Shown: positions 63,201 through 64,000 of the stretch, piece by piece
Numbering within the stretch: position 1 is the first letter of the stretch
How the letters are laid out: each line of letters begins with the position of its first letter
DNA from: Catajapyx aquilonaris
Taxonomy: Eukaryota
Reading direction: 5' to 3'
NCBI GenBank assembly: GCA_000934665.2
Contig: KZ538102.1
Span: forward strand, 62,001 to 126,000
Length of the DNA stretch: 64,000 nt
Translations under genes and position numbers: made by a program
The notes under the pieces: generated by a model
Told to the model about the DNA's origin: nothing
Databases searched by the model: none
Seen by the model: the letters and a program-made list of their open reading frames with translations, nothing else

Positions 63201-64000
63201 AGACATTAACGAATGTCGCAGGCACATCTTCAAACCAACATGCATCAAACTTCCACTTTTTATTAATCAAGATGCACAGTCAATGTGCAGGTATTCTGGC
63301 ACAAATCCAATTTTCAGTAACCTTGGGCCACAAAGCACTTTGTACTTACATCACTATTGTGTGGCGATCAAGTGGTCTTGTGGAAAATAAGAAATGAGCT
63401 TGCGACATTGAACCCCGCCGTGGTAGTTGCACTCCTAAAATAATGTCTCTTCTAAGATGGGTTTCAAGAATTTCAAAAAAAGAGCAACAACTTTTCCACA
63501 ACTTTGCAGTTTCAATTAAAAATTGGGTAGTGCAGAGAAACTGGGGTGTGCTGTCCAATCTAATGCCACTGTAGCCTCAACTATTGCAGATCAGAAATCA
63601 ACAATGGCATGTCGTTCTTTGTCTGCAGCACTCTGCACAATGTTACTAGACTGGATCACACCCTGCTCAGTCTCCTACACATGTATATCGGCTCTAAGAG
63701 TATGTTGTGGTTTGCAATAATATTAATAGCCCACCCAATTGTTGTCCCAAACTTTAAGGCACAGTTGCACCACTGAAAATTGCACACCTCAACCTGGGTT
63801 TGTCATTGTTATTAATAGCTGGCAACAATCATTTGAATGGTCAAACTCCAGATTGAGGATACATCTTCAGTGAAACAACCAGGCTTTAAACAGAATTTAA
63901 AACTGGCCTGATAGTTCACTGGTTCCATAACATCACCCCCACAAAAGTCAGACATTTCAAGATTGCAGAACCTGATAGCAACAAAGTTTTGTCTTCACCA

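Noticed and set aside
1..64000. CRISPR arrays, rRNA, tRNA, autonomous transposase or RT ORFs
   Set aside because: None seen. The sequence is intron-containing eukaryotic DNA without regularly spaced repeats or long TE ORFs.

Overview
Eukaryotic, probably arthropod, genomic DNA from a draft assembly with short N gaps. It holds the 5' part of a minus-strand nuclear receptor corepressor gene (NCoR/SMRT; SMRTER in insects). Eleven coding exons from an ATG at 29092 down to a donor at 4803 join with matching splice phases into about 875 aa. They cover a Q/P-rich N-terminus, the GPS2/TBL1-binding coiled coil and the SANT1/DAD domain. The frame is still open at 4803, so the rest of the gene lies left of position 1. 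A complete 3-exon BTB/POZ + 2xC2H2 zinc-finger gene (1139..2956, +, about 529 aa) with its own promoter and polyA signal therefore sits antisense inside an NCoR intron. The introns contain a piggyBac-type MITE, Tc1/mariner-type MITEs, a 59-bp near-perfect palindrome and candidate alternative exons. From about 29.3 to 64 kb I see no credible coding sequence; this is probably 5'UTR introns or regulatory DNA with TE relics. Everything was read by eye and no searches were run.
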